Part shown: in pieces, positions 32,500-43,394 of the stretch
Layout of the letters: each line of letters starts with the position of its first letter
How positions within the stretch are numbered: the stretch's first letter is position 1
Assembly: GCA_000165345.1 (NCBI GenBank)
Contig: CM000435.1
Span: 64,001 to 128,000 of the forward strand
Direction: 5' to 3'
DNA: 64,000 bases
Notes under the pieces: generated by a model
Seen by the model: only the letters and a program-made list of their open reading frames with translations
Databases searched by the model: none
What the model was told of the DNA's origin: nothing
Position numbers and translations under genes: made by a program

Positions 32500-33717
32500 T
32501 TATTTATTTAATAGTCTCATATACTCAAAAGAAATATCTGACATATTTCTAATGGGAACAAAAAGGTCAGAATTCAAAAAAGAGGTTTTCTTTTGAAATT
32601 TCTTTTCTTCTAAAAGTCTGACATTTTCTGGAATATTGAATTGAGTTGATTGAACAATTACATGGTTTAATGAATCAAAATATAATCTACAAGTTTTCTT
32701 TAGCTCATCTGATAATAATAAAGTTGAAATATGTGTATAACCAAAAGTTGTTGGTGAAAGTTTTTTTCCCCAATATCTATTGTAGAATCTTTTTAATAAA
32801 CTTAATAATATGCCATTTGGATACAAAATTAAAATTTCATTAAGTTCGTTTTTTAGGTCTATTAGTTTATTATGTAATGATTTTTTTTCTAATCTATTAA
32901 TTAATGCTGAGCAGTTTGAATCATCATTAGGAGTTTCATTACTTTCAATTTGATCAACATCCATTGATAGTGCAGCAGCAGCAATCTTTACACATGTGCA
33001 TCTCGGCTTTAAAACATTATTTTCATATTGTAGAATTCCTCCATTAATAGCAAGTTGAACTAGATGGGACAATTCCCCCAATGATAGATCTTCTAATTGA
33101 GAGATTTTTGCCTTATGTATTTCCATAGCTACTCCATATCTTCCGCCTTTAAATTGATATCTAAGTAAATCAGGCTCAATTTGAGAATTTGAATAATTTG
33201 AATTTAGAGGTATTAATAAAAAATCTGATTCACTTTCTTTTTGATTTATAATTAATTCATGACCTTTGGAATCTATTGAGTAATTATTTGAATTATTTAT
33301 TGTATTTGAACCATTAATATTACTTTCTCCTTTAACACAGACTAAGTTATTAATATATTGTAAAAATCCACTCCATATTTCATGGGAATAAGGATTATTC
33401 GGATTTTTTGGATCAATCCAATGGTTATCTGGAACATTTAAATTTCTAAAATAAATCTCTCCATTACTAAATAATAGGAACTCTTCTTCATTTTCTGTTA
33501 AATCTTTTACTAACATTTGCAAGTTATAATTTGCACCTAAATCTACACGTTCTTTTAATCTTCTAATAAGTTCTTGAAGATGTGGTCTAGTTCTATCTAT
33601 ATAAAGTGATTTAAGTGCATCCTTAATTAAATCCAATCTTCTTTCTTTCCAGAATTCCGGTCCAGGTCTCATTACTACCGTCCCTGTTCCTGTTCCTGTT
33701 CTTGTACCTATACCCAT
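32500..33717 (-). CDS. Hypothetical protein; possible OST-HTH/LOTUS-like RNA-binding domain near C-terminus
   Basis: 405 aa with ATG at 33715-33717. Starts MGIGTRTGTGTGT. The C-terminal segment LKRFYNRYWGKKLSPTTFGYTHISTLLLSDELKK resembles the OST-HTH pattern (..yGkkl.p..fGy.kl.dll). Assignment is weak. Confidence 0.45.
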   Translation of the reverse strand: MGIGTRTGTGTGTVVMRPGPEFWKERRLDLIKDALKSLYIDRTRPHLQELIRRLKERVDLGANYNLQMLVKDLTENEEEFLLFSNGEIYFRNLNVPDNHWIDPKNPNNPYSHEIWSGFLQYINNLVCVKGESNINGSNTINNSNNYSIDSKGHELIINQKESESDFLLIPLNSNYSNSQIEPDLLRYQFKGGRYGVAMEIHKAKISQLEDLSLGELSHLVQLAINGGILQYENNVLKPRCTCVKIAAAALSMDVDQIESNETPNDDSNCSALINRLEKKSLHNKLIDLKNELNEILILYPNGILLSLLKRFYNRYWGKKLSPTTFGYTHISTLLLSDELKKTCRLYFDSLNHVIVQSTQFNIPENVRLLEEKKFQKKTSFLNSDLFVPIRNMSDISFEYMRLLNK

Positions 33718-34520
33718 TATTTCTCAAGTTTGGTAATACTGTTATCTTTTTTTTTTTTTTTGTTTTAAATTTTCAATGATTTATTAATTTCTTCTTGAAT
33801 TAGGGATTAATCGGGAATTATTTACTTCTTTATCAAATGAAATACTTATGTAAAAACTAAATTCTGAATTAATGGAAATATTAAACTAGATTTATTATAT
33901 TCAACTTTATTTTCAATATATTTATTTTAATAATATCATCCATTTTCTCTATTAAAATTTTAAATTTATCTTATTCATTGTAAATTATATTATCCAAAAG
34001 AAAAGAAAATAACGACAAAGCATTAATAACTTCATCACCTAGCTAACTGAGATATTTGCATAATCACTCTTCTCACTAATCAAGTTTTTTTTTTTGTATT
34101 ATAAAACAATAACCCAATGCAATAATTACAATATTACTATCACTTTAATTGTTATATCTTAGGCATAAATATATAAAGATATTATTTTATAATAAATTGA
34201 CTGGACCAATGATTCAATTCAACTTTAATTAAATTATAGGTGAATTCAAATATCTAATAATCATTAACCCAGTTTCTTACTTCTGATTTTTTTTTTCATC
34301 AAATTAAATTTGGTTTAATATATCTTAAATATTATATTCTATAGTTATATTCACTAATGATAATGTTATTGAATTAATTTCAATTCTTTTGAATAAATAA
34401 ATAAATAAATATATATATATATTATATTTATTTATTCATTCATATATATGTTAAGTGTGTCAAATGATATATCAATATTTTCATTATATTATCAACATCA
34501 CTTTTGTTCTATTATTATTA

Positions 34521-34606
<86 letters not shown>

Positions 34607-35422
34607 ATATATATATAATATTATTTATATAATTTTTCCTTATTGCAGTTTTTTTTGTATATTAAATTTTCTTTTTTCTTATTAATGTACTATTATAAAT
34701 ATTTAATTATATTGGTGAATATTATTACCAACCAGTTATTATTAATATTATTATTTTATTTTCAATCTAATTTGTCCAAAAGCAATTATATAATTATTAA
34801 AATCTTAATTATTCCTTTCCAAATAACGATAATTTTACCCCTATAAATATCAAAACAAAAAAATTTTCTTTATTTCTTTAAATCTAAAATAAAATAATAA
34901 TTTTCAGAAAAATTAATTTTTTTTTCTATTTAATATTTTTGTTAGACATATTATATTATGCCTAAGTTACACACACGCATAGTAAATATTAAGTACAGGA
35001 AACCACTAGTTATTATTTTGGAAATTTCCATTTTTGTTTGTAATTTTTTGGTGGAACATTTTTTTAAAAAAATTATTTCATCAATTATAATAATATAGGA
35101 TTTTTTTTTACTACTTTATAATAGAGAAAGATAGGAAGTAAAGAAAAAAAAAAAAAAAGAATTACATGATTTATTTATTAAAAATAAAAGACCGCCCTCC
35201 ACAATAGTAATTAATATATAAATTAAAATTTGAAAATATATATTTGCATGAATTGCGCGCCTCTATTAGAAAAAGCGTTCTAGCGCCAAATTATTGGAAA
35301 AGTAAATAATTACTGTTAATTGTACACGTAATAGTAGTAATTATTATTATTACTGTCACTATTATCATTATCACTATCATTATCATTCTTTTACTTTTTA
35401 AAAACTATATTAGCTAAATCAA

Positions 35423-38400
35423 CTAGTTTGGTTGTTTTTCTTCGATTGTGTGTTCTCTTTGTTTGAAATTAGTGTCAGATACATGTTGAATAATTTTTAA
35501 GTTTAAAGAATATTGGTTATTAGAATTAAATGAAGGATTATGCGGATTTTGATTATTATAAAAATTGAATAAATATTGGAAAATAAGTTCATCAATAGAA
35601 TTATGTATAATAAAGTTCCAAATATGTGGGGTTTTAGTTTGACCCATACGAATAATTCTACCAATAGCTTGTAATTCATCAGATTTATTTAAAAGAGGAC
35701 TAACAAAAATGATATGATTTGCTGCAGTAATATTAACTCCTTTTCCAACATTTAAATGATTACATAAAAGTACTCTGTAATTTATATCTATTGAATTTTC
35801 TGAAGATGAGAATTCTCTGATAATATGATATTCAGATTTACCACCACAATATTTTTTAAAAAGTATTTCATTTAAATGCATAGCAGATGAAAGAATATCA
35901 ATAACAGGTTGAAAATCAGAAAAGATGATAATTTTATCATTATTATTATTTAATATCCATTTAATATGTTTAATAATAGCTTCTATTTTAGTTCCAAAAT
36001 TTCCAAGTATTTCTATTGATTGTATTGTATTAAAATAATCAATACCAAAATCTACTTGATTTGGTTTATTTAATGATTCATTAATTAAAGATGTTGAAGA
36101 ATTAATATTATTTTCTAGATTATTTTCTTTTATTATATTATGATTATCATTATCAGGTACTATTAAAACAACATTTGTATCTTGAAAATTCAATCTACAT
36201 TTAGGGCATTGATTCTTAAGTTTATGATTAGATGATGATTTTTTACTAATTAATTTATAACAATCAATACAAATGATATGAGCACAAGGTAAAAGAACTT
36301 GTGAATAATCATCTTTTAATTTATTTAAACATATTGGACAAATATCATGATCTTGATTTTCTTCTTTCTCTTTTTCATGATCTTTTTCTTGTAAAATTTC
36401 ATTTTTCCAATCTTTTTTAGATCTTTGTTGTAATTTAAGATGACAAAGAAATTTTTGTTGTGATTTTAGATTTCTTCTTACACCAAGAGCAGATATACGT
36501 TCAGATTCATATTTTTCTATTAAAAATGGAATTTCACTTATATGTATAATATTATTATGATTTGAAGATGAATTTGATTGATTATTTTGAATTATTTGAA
36601 TTCTTTGTTTACAATCAATAAGTTCTAAATAAGAATTAATTAATTGTCTAGTAGCTGATACAAATGCTTTAATATTATAAAGTTCAATCTTTAAAGATTC
36701 AATATACTTGATATGTTTTGTTGAAATCTTTGAAATAGAAGAAAAATCATCCATTTCATTCAATTCTTGTTCTTGTTCTTGTTCTTGTTCTTGTTCTTGT
36801 TCAAATTCTAATTCTTTTTCTTCATCTTTTGAGTTAGATCCTGATTTAAAGAATTTTTTTCTTAATTCTTTGTTTAAAAACTTTAAGATTGCAATAGTTT
36901 CTGAATCTCTTAAATATGTAGAATCATGATGAATTATTTTGTTTTGTTGATTATTATCAATTTCTATACTATGGTTATTATTACTACTTTCACTAAGCCT
37001 TGTAAAAGTTTTCTTTTTTATAGTATATAGTGAATATTCTAATTCTTCAATATGGGTTTGTATAATACAAAATATACAAGATTCTTGTTTTTGAATAAGT
37101 TTATTATTCTTTTTTCCTATATTTTTCTGTTGATTATCTTCTATTTGACTATTTTGTCCTTGTTGACAGAAAAAGCAAGATGTGACTTTTGCAATGATTT
37201 CATCAAGAATTAGTTGGGATTTTATATTTTGGTTTTGGTTTTGGTTTTGGTTCTGGTTCTGGCTCAAATCCAAGTTTTGGTTCTGGTTCACATCCAAGTT
37301 CTGGTTCACATCCAAGTTTTGACTTTGGTTCACATCCAAGTTCTGGTTTTGGTTTTGGTTCTGGTTCACATCCAAGTTCCGGTTTTGGTTCACATCCAAA
37401 TTCTGGTTCACATCCAAATTCTGGTTCACATCCAAATTCTGGCTCACATCCAAATTCTGGCTCACATCCAAATTCTGGCTCACATCCAAATTCTGGCTCA
37501 CATCCAAATTCTGGCTCATACTTTGGCTTGAACACGTATTTTGATCTTGGATATTATTAAACCTCAATAGTTCTAGTTGTTTTAGCTGGTGTAAAAGTTT
37601 TGTTCGAGATTCTTGCATTTGCTTAACTTTGAGATCTAAAGTAATAATGAGACCATGAATACTATTAAAACTTGGTAAATTATGTTCAATGTTACCATCT
37701 TTTGCACTCTTAAATTCATATTGAAAATTCTCAATCCTATCTAATAAAAGATCCTCTTCACTGATTCCTCCTTTAGTAGACATATTAAACTTTTTTTTAA
37801 ATATATACCACCAATGATCATCAGAATATAATGAATTTGCTTTATCTTTAGATTTAATAAACAAATCATGTTTTTCTATATATTCTTTAAAATATTTACT
37901 TCTATATTTATTTTCAAGATCATTACATTCTTTCATTAGTTCTTTTTTCTCCAATTCATCATTGCATATTTCTCCAAGATTCCATAATGTATGTATTTGT
38001 TGCAAAACATCGACTCTATCTTCCTTACGAATATCAAGTACTTGCTTATAATAGAAAACTGACTTGTTCATTTGCATATTATTATTATTATTATTATTAT
38101 TATTATCATCATCATCATCATATTTGGACTTTTTTGTAAAATGAATACCTGCTAAACCTAAAGTATTCATGACATATTTTCTTACACTTTCTTCAATATC
38201 AATTCTACATTTATTTAATAATTTATCTAAAATCTGATCCATAGTCATAATCTTTAATCCTGTATTTAAAGAAACAATACCCGTATCATTATGATTATCT
38301 AAATTATAATATTTACTATCATCATCTTTATTTTTATTATGGATACCCATAATACCTAATTGTGGATGTATACAAGCAAGTCTTAACATTGTAATCAATG

Positions 38401-41400
38401 AATCCATTTCTTTCTTATTTCTTAAAAAACTTTCTTGACTTTTATAATTAATTATACTATTATAACCTGATTCACATTGTTTTATATAAAAGAATCTTTC
38501 TACTGAAGATAAACTTAAATAAGTATTTCCATAAAATGCTGGTGGTATACATATTTCCTCTTTTACTTGTTTCATTTCTCTCCTGTAAAATAATGAACCT
38601 ACAACATACTCTAAATGTTGTATTAAATTCATCATTGAAATATACTCATTAGTTATATAATCCAAACCACTTTCACATACAAACCATCTTTCTTCCTTTA
38701 GTAACTTTTCCTCAGTTAAGAGCTCTTTTTCATTCTCATTCATATGATTGGGGTCCTTGGGTTGATTTTGGGGTCGACTTTGGGAGTAATCTTGATCCTC
38801 AGCTCGATCTTGGGATTGGTCCTCAGCTTGTTCTTGGGATTGATCCTCGACTTGATCCTCGACTTGATCCTCAGCTCGAACCTCGGCTTGATCCTCAGAT
38901 CCACCTTGAAATTCTGTATTACCTTTGTTAGACTTAATATACAATATACTAGACAAGTATCCAATATACTTTTTATATAAAGTGTCATTAATTAAATCAA
39001 ATCCAACATTTGAAAGATTTAATAATAAACCAATCAAATCATTTGAACAAGATCTAACAATTGGAGTACCAGAAACACACCATTTATTATAACATATTAA
39101 TTTACTTGTCATTTTTGAAACAAGAGAATAACCTTCAGTCATTTGAGCTTCATCTAAAACTATTCTCCACCAATCAATATTAGTAATTAAAGATGCTAAA
39201 ATAGGATAACTTTTTTTAAATCTCATTGATCTTTTGTTTGTAATAGTATTTTGATCTAATACATGATATATTTCTTCTTTTAAAATTTCATATGATGTTA
39301 AAACTACATCATAATTTAAAATATCTCTTCTAGTTAATATTATTCCATTATTATTAGTCATTGAATCTAAATTAATATCTTTATTATTTAATTTATTTAA
39401 TGCTCTATTTTTCAAATAATTTTGTATATATCTTACTCCTTGATATTTAACAACTTTAAGTCTTCCTTTTTCTAAATGTTTATTAAATTCATCATACCAT
39501 TGATCTACAATACTTCCAGGAGCTATAATTAAAGTAGCTTTTACTATTAATCTCTCATTTAATTCAATACTTTGACATAATGAACAAAGTAAATTAATAT
39601 TATCTAAATGATTAAAATTCATTATATTATCACTTATACAACATTCAAAGTGAAATTTAACTTGACATTTTTTACATTCTACTATATTATAATCTTTAAA
39701 AGGCTTAAAAACTCCACATGGACATTCAATTTCTATATTGTTATTATTATTGTTATCTTTGTACTTAAAAATAGGAAGAGAAGAATTTTTTTTAAAACAT
39801 TCTTCTTTATTATTCAAATTCAAATAATAATAATATTCTTTTCTTGGATTCATTAAAATTAAAGTAATAATCTCCAAACTTTTACCTAATCCCATTTCAT
39901 CACATAGAAATCCTCCTCTTATAGTAAAATGACCACCTCCTGATGGTAAAATATTGAAAGAAAGTTCACCTGTTATCATATTAAAATAAAGTAAATCTTG
40001 TTCATTTTCTTCTTTTTTTGGTATTTTTAAACAATACCAATATGGTGGATATTCAATATTTAATTTTACTGTTTCTTTTTCAACATTTAAAGCAAACAAA
40101 ACTGCATCTTTTTGGTAATTTCTTAACTCAGAAACTAAACCTAAATGATTATTCCAATCGTGATTTTGTTTTATTGTAGAAGAAGAAGATCCCATTCTTT
40201 TCATGGATATATTATATTCTTGAAATATTGAATATAACTCATTTGGCTTAATTTGTATTGTTTGAAAGGAATTTTTTTTATTTTTGATTTGATTATAAGT
40301 ATAATTTTCAATAGATGGAAGCTTAAGTTCTTCATTAAGCCATGAGAATAAGATTTTGAAGCTATTTTTACCATCTTTTTTTCTAGATAACAATTTTCCA
40401 TCTAAAGAAGTTCTATTTAAATACATTTTAATATTCATATTTAATACGATTCCTTTAGATCTCGAGCAATTACTAGAGGTTGTGGTGATGGAATTTGCAG
40501 TATTGGAGTTTGAAGTGTTGGAGTTCGCAGTATTGGAATTTGCAGTGTTGGAGTTTGAAGTGTTGGAGTTCGCAGTATTGGAGTTTGAAGTGTTGGAGTT
40601 CGCAGTATTGGAATTTGCAGTGTTGGAGTTCGCAGTATTGAAATTTGCAGTGTTGGAGTTCGCAGTATTGGAGTTTGCAGTGTTGGAATTTGTAGTATTG
40701 AAATTTGCAGTGTTGGAGTTCGCAGTATTGAAATTTGCAGTATTGGAGTTCGCAGTATTGAAATTTGCAGTATTGGAGTTTGCAGTCCCAAAGTTTGCAG
40801 TGATGGAATTTGAAGTGTTGGAGTTCGCAGTATTGGAATTTGAAATATTGGAGTTTGAAGTGCTGGAGTTCGCAGTATTGGAATTTGTAGTCCCAGAGTT
40901 TGAAGTATCAGAGTTTACAATGCTAAAGTTTCTTATATTATAACTATAACTTTTCTTTACACCCAATATTTCACAAGTAAAAGTTATAAATCCTGCATCT
41001 TGTAATAATATTAGTGCCTTTCTAACATTAAAATATGGTATTTTTGGTTTTAAATTTAACCAACTTATTGTTCCTCGTCCTAAAATACCTTCTTTTATAT
41101 TTAATTCATCATATTCTATATTTTCTTTCTCAAATTTATCATTCAATATCACAAATTCACATTTAGATTTATTTTCTTCTAATAATCCAATATGTACAAT
41201 AAACTCTTTATTTTGATCATTTAAAGAATTCATAATTTCTATAAAATCAATATTTTCATTTTCTTGAATAATTGTTATTTTAATATTTTCCCATATATTT
41301 AAACAACAAATTAAATCATTTAATTTGGTTATTATCTGTCTTTTATTATATTTTATTCCTAATTCTTCTTTTTTATTCAATTTTTTTGGCTTTTTTAAAT

Positions 41401-41551
41401 CTAAATCCAAATCTAAATCATTATCTAAATCCAATTTTAAATCCAAATTATTCTCTTCTTTCTTTAAATTATCTTCTTCTAAAATAAAATATTCTTTATC
41501 TTGATATAAAACTCCTCCATATCTCAATGGTTTTGCTTTAAATCTAACCAT
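35423..41551 (-). CDS. SNF2-family DNA-dependent ATPase with PHD and C3HC4 RING fingers (SHPRH/Rad5/Rad16-like), greatly expanded by low-complexity repeat insertions
   Basis: The tracked ORF begins at a TTG (41557). The ATG at 41549-41551 gives MVRFKAKPL. SNF2 N-lobe LCDEMGLGKSLE, APGSIVDQW, DEAQ box (WWRIVLDEAQMTE). PHD-like CPCGVF...CKKCQVKFHFECC...CSLCQ. RING CPICLNKL...LPCAHIICIDCYKL...CPKCR. Helicase-C block LLCNHLNVGKGVNITAANHIIFVSPLLNKSDELQAIGRIIRMGQTK. Repeat arrays (NSNTA)n, (NLDVSQ)n, (EDQ[AV])n and (EQ)n are all in frame. Confidence 0.85.
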   Translation of the reverse strand: MVRFKAKPLRYGGVLYQDKEYFILEEDNLKKEENNLDLKLDLDNDLDLDLDLKKPKKLNKKEELGIKYNKRQIITKLNDLICCLNIWENIKITIIQENENIDFIEIMNSLNDQNKEFIVHIGLLEENKSKCEFVILNDKFEKENIEYDELNIKEGILGRGTISWLNLKPKIPYFNVRKALILLQDAGFITFTCEILGVKKSYSYNIRNFSIVNSDTSNSGTTNSNTANSSTSNSNISNSNTANSNTSNSITANFGTANSNTANFNTANSNTANFNTANSNTANFNTTNSNTANSNTANSNTANFNTANSNTANSNTANSNTSNSNTANSNTSNSNTANSNTANSNTSNSNTANSITTTSSNCSRSKGIVLNMNIKMYLNRTSLDGKLLSRKKDGKNSFKILFSWLNEELKLPSIENYTYNQIKNKKNSFQTIQIKPNELYSIFQEYNISMKRMGSSSSTIKQNHDWNNHLGLVSELRNYQKDAVLFALNVEKETVKLNIEYPPYWYCLKIPKKEENEQDLLYFNMITGELSFNILPSGGGHFTIRGGFLCDEMGLGKSLEIITLILMNPRKEYYYYLNLNNKEECFKKNSSLPIFKYKDNNNNNNIEIECPCGVFKPFKDYNIVECKKCQVKFHFECCISDNIMNFNHLDNINLLCSLCQSIELNERLIVKATLIIAPGSIVDQWYDEFNKHLEKGRLKVVKYQGVRYIQNYLKNRALNKLNNKDINLDSMTNNNGIILTRRDILNYDVVLTSYEILKEEIYHVLDQNTITNKRSMRFKKSYPILASLITNIDWWRIVLDEAQMTEGYSLVSKMTSKLICYNKWCVSGTPIVRSCSNDLIGLLLNLSNVGFDLINDTLYKKYIGYLSSILYIKSNKGNTEFQGGSEDQAEVRAEDQVEDQVEDQSQEQAEDQSQDRAEDQDYSQSRPQNQPKDPNHMNENEKELLTEEKLLKEERWFVCESGLDYITNEYISMMNLIQHLEYVVGSLFYRREMKQVKEEICIPPAFYGNTYLSLSSVERFFYIKQCESGYNSIINYKSQESFLRNKKEMDSLITMLRLACIHPQLGIMGIHNKNKDDDSKYYNLDNHNDTGIVSLNTGLKIMTMDQILDKLLNKCRIDIEESVRKYVMNTLGLAGIHFTKKSKYDDDDDNNNNNNNNNMQMNKSVFYYKQVLDIRKEDRVDVLQQIHTLWNLGEICNDELEKKELMKECNDLENKYRSKYFKEYIEKHDLFIKSKDKANSLYSDDHWWYIFKKKFNMSTKGGISEEDLLLDRIENFQYEFKSAKDGNIEHNLPSFNSIHGLIITLDLKVKQMQESRTKLLHQLKQLELLRFNNIQDQNTCSSQSMSQNLDVSQNLDVSQNLDVSQNLDVSQNLDVNQNLDVNQNLDVNQNRNLDVNQNQNQNQNLDVNQSQNLDVNQNLDVNQNQNLDLSQNQNQNQNQNQNIKSQLILDEIIAKVTSCFFCQQGQNSQIEDNQQKNIGKKNNKLIQKQESCIFCIIQTHIEELEYSLYTIKKKTFTRLSESSNNNHSIEIDNNQQNKIIHHDSTYLRDSETIAILKFLNKELRKKFFKSGSNSKDEEKELEFEQEQEQEQEQEQELNEMDDFSSISKISTKHIKYIESLKIELYNIKAFVSATRQLINSYLELIDCKQRIQIIQNNQSNSSSNHNNIIHISEIPFLIEKYESERISALGVRRNLKSQQKFLCHLKLQQRSKKDWKNEILQEKDHEKEKEENQDHDICPICLNKLKDDYSQVLLPCAHIICIDCYKLISKKSSSNHKLKNQCPKCRLNFQDTNVVLIVPDNDNHNIIKENNLENNINSSTSLINESLNKPNQVDFGIDYFNTIQSIEILGNFGTKIEAIIKHIKWILNNNNDKIIIFSDFQPVIDILSSAMHLNEILFKKYCGGKSEYHIIREFSSSENSIDINYRVLLCNHLNVGKGVNITAANHIIFVSPLLNKSDELQAIGRIIRMGQTKTPHIWNFIIHNSIDELIFQYLFNFYNNQNPHNPSFNSNNQYSLNLKIIQHVSDTNFKQREHTIEEKQPN
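37210..37535. repeat. Imperfect 18-nt tandem repeat (GTTCACATCCAAGTTCTG-type) encoding the (NLDV[SN]Q)n/(NQ)n array inside the SNF2 gene
   Basis: Periodicity is visible directly (ttctggttcacatccaagtt... repeated more than 15 times). It stays in frame in the minus-strand CDS. Confidence 0.8.
38760..38900. repeat. 12-nt tandem repeat (GATCCTCGACTT-type) encoding (EDQ[AV]E)n inside the SNF2 gene
   Basis: cttgatcctcgacttgatcctcgacttgatcctcagctcg... Periodicity is visible and in frame. Confidence 0.75.
40455..40920. repeat. 15-nt tandem repeat (TGCAGTATTGGAGTT-type, about 30 copies) encoding the pentapeptide (NSNTA/NFNTA)n array inside the SNF2 gene
   Basis: agtattggagtttgaagtgttggagttcgcagtattggaatttgcagtgttggagtt... 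about 465 nt of 15-nt units with third-position variation. No stop codons in the CDS frame. Confidence 0.85.
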
Positions 41552-42360
41552 CTTCAAAAAAGTGATAAGAAGAAGAAAAAAAAAAAAAAGAAGAAATAAA
41601 AGAAAAAGAATAAGTGGAGGAAGAGGAATATGAATAAGAAGAAGATGAAGAAGATGAAGAAGAAGAAGAAATATAAATCTCTAACTCACATTAATTAAAA
41701 ATATAAAATGATAATTTTCCATTCAAATCCCTAAAAACTCTTTTTCACTTTTAATATGTATCCAAAAATATTAGATTTATATCTATTTTAAATACTAGTA
41801 ATCTGGATATCAAATATTATATATATTTTCACCATTAAATAAAATATATTTAAATATTCATTAATATATCATTAATATACCAAACTTTTATTTAATATCT
41901 AAAAAATAATTTTTTACTTTTTTTTTTTTTTTTATAATATAATTTTTTTTTTATATAATACATTACCGGTATACAAGAAATAAATTTATGATTAATTGTG
42001 CAGCAGATTACCGCCAAACACGTGTTATATTGATTATCTCATTTTAAAAACAAATAATATAAATAATGAAAAAAACGAATAAAAGGATTAAATGAGTAAA
42101 GTGAATACAATATTTATAGAAAACAATAATATTTTAAATAATTGTATTTGAATGAAAAATTGTTAAACTCTTGTTTGGATTTCAGTTACTTTAAATTATT
42201 AAGGTGGAAAAAAAACAAAGAAAAAAAGTTAAGTTAAAAAAAAAAAAAAATAATCTATTAAAACAATTTTAAAGATCCAAGATAAAATAAAATTATTAAT
42301 TAATAATACAATATTTAATTTATTTGATTTCTAATTTCTTATTTCAATAAAAAAAAAATT

Positions 42361-43323
42361 ATGTTTTCTATTTCAGAAAGATATGAACAAATTAATGCAC
42401 ATATTGGACAAGGTACTTATGGTAAAGTAGAAAAAGCAATAGACAAAAATAGTGATACTATAGTAGCTATAAAAAAAGTGAAAATATGTGAATTACCTTC
42501 AGATTTAACAGAATCTAGACAAAAAGTTGGACAATGTGGTATTCATTTCACAGTTTTAAGAGAAATTAAAATAATGAATGAAATTAATCATCCAAATATT
42601 ATGGGTTTAAGAGATGTTTTTGTTCAAGGAGATTTTATTAATTTAGTTATGGATTATATGGAAAGTGATTTAAGAAAAGTTTTTGAAAATAGAATTCGAT
42701 TTTCTGAATCACATATTAAATGTCTTTTAAAACAAATAATTCTTGGAATTAATGAATTACATAATTGGTTTATTATACACAGAGATTTAGCTCCTGCTAA
42801 TATCTTTATTAATTCAAAAGGTATAGCAAAAGTTGGTGATTTTGGATTAGCTAGAAGTTATGGACAACCACGTAGAGAATATACTCCTGAAGTTGTTACA
42901 TTATGGTATAGATGCCCAGAATTACTTTTTGGATCCACAAAATATACTCATGCTGTTGATATGTGGAGTATAGGTTGTATTTTTGCAGAACTCTTAACAG
43001 GTGGAAAAGCTTTATTACCTGGTGATGATGAAGTTAGACAACTTGGACGTATTTTTGAACTTTTAGGTACCCCAAATGAAGATAATTGGCCACAAGCTAA
43101 AGAATTACCTTTATATTGTGAATTTAGTCCAAGATCTCCATTAAATTTTAAAGATATCTTTCCCAATGCATCAGAAATGGCAATTGATCTTATTCAATCA
43201 TTTTTGAGACTTAATCCATTAGAAAGAATTTCAGCAAGTCAAGCTTTAGAACATGAATATTTTAAAAGTTATCCACTTCCATGTGATCCTTCCGAATTAC
43301 CACTTAATTACTTTAAAAACTAA
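42361..43323 (+). CDS. CDK7/MRK-like cyclin-dependent protein kinase
   Basis: 320 aa with ATG at 42361. YEQINAHIGQGTYGKVEKAIDKNSDTIVAIKKVKI; PSTAIRE-region variant FTVLREIKIMNEI; HRDLAPANIF; DFGLARSYG; T-loop REYTPEVVTLWYRCPE, the CDK activation-loop Thr context. Confidence 0.8.
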   Translation: MFSISERYEQINAHIGQGTYGKVEKAIDKNSDTIVAIKKVKICELPSDLTESRQKVGQCGIHFTVLREIKIMNEINHPNIMGLRDVFVQGDFINLVMDYMESDLRKVFENRIRFSESHIKCLLKQIILGINELHNWFIIHRDLAPANIFINSKGIAKVGDFGLARSYGQPRREYTPEVVTLWYRCPELLFGSTKYTHAVDMWSIGCIFAELLTGGKALLPGDDEVRQLGRIFELLGTPNEDNWPQAKELPLYCEFSPRSPLNFKDIFPNASEMAIDLIQSFLRLNPLERISASQALEHEYFKSYPLPCDPSELPLNYFKN

Positions 43324-43394
43324 CAAAAAGTTAATACAAAAGACTTTTATTAAATTAGAATTAATAATTAACTATAATAAAATATACTAAATTT

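Noticed and set aside
37203-37535. Overlapping ORFs (VLVLVL..., EPEFGC...) on both strands over the 18-nt repeat
   Set aside because: Off-frame or antisense readings of the SNF2 (NLDVSQ)n array. The true frame is the 2044-aa minus-strand CDS.
40455-40920. Regular short direct repeats that could superficially resemble a CRISPR array
   Set aside because: No unique spacers. Units are contiguous 15-mers and lie in frame inside a eukaryotic protein-coding gene. The genome is eukaryotic.
40356-40943. 195-aa plus-strand ORF (EFAVLEF repeats) and 116-aa minus-strand ORF (TPILQISIL repeats) over the 15-nt repeat array
   Set aside because: They are alternative-frame readings of the in-frame (NSNTA)n coding repeat of the SNF2 gene. 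Purely repetitive, no start context. Artefacts of repeat periodicity.
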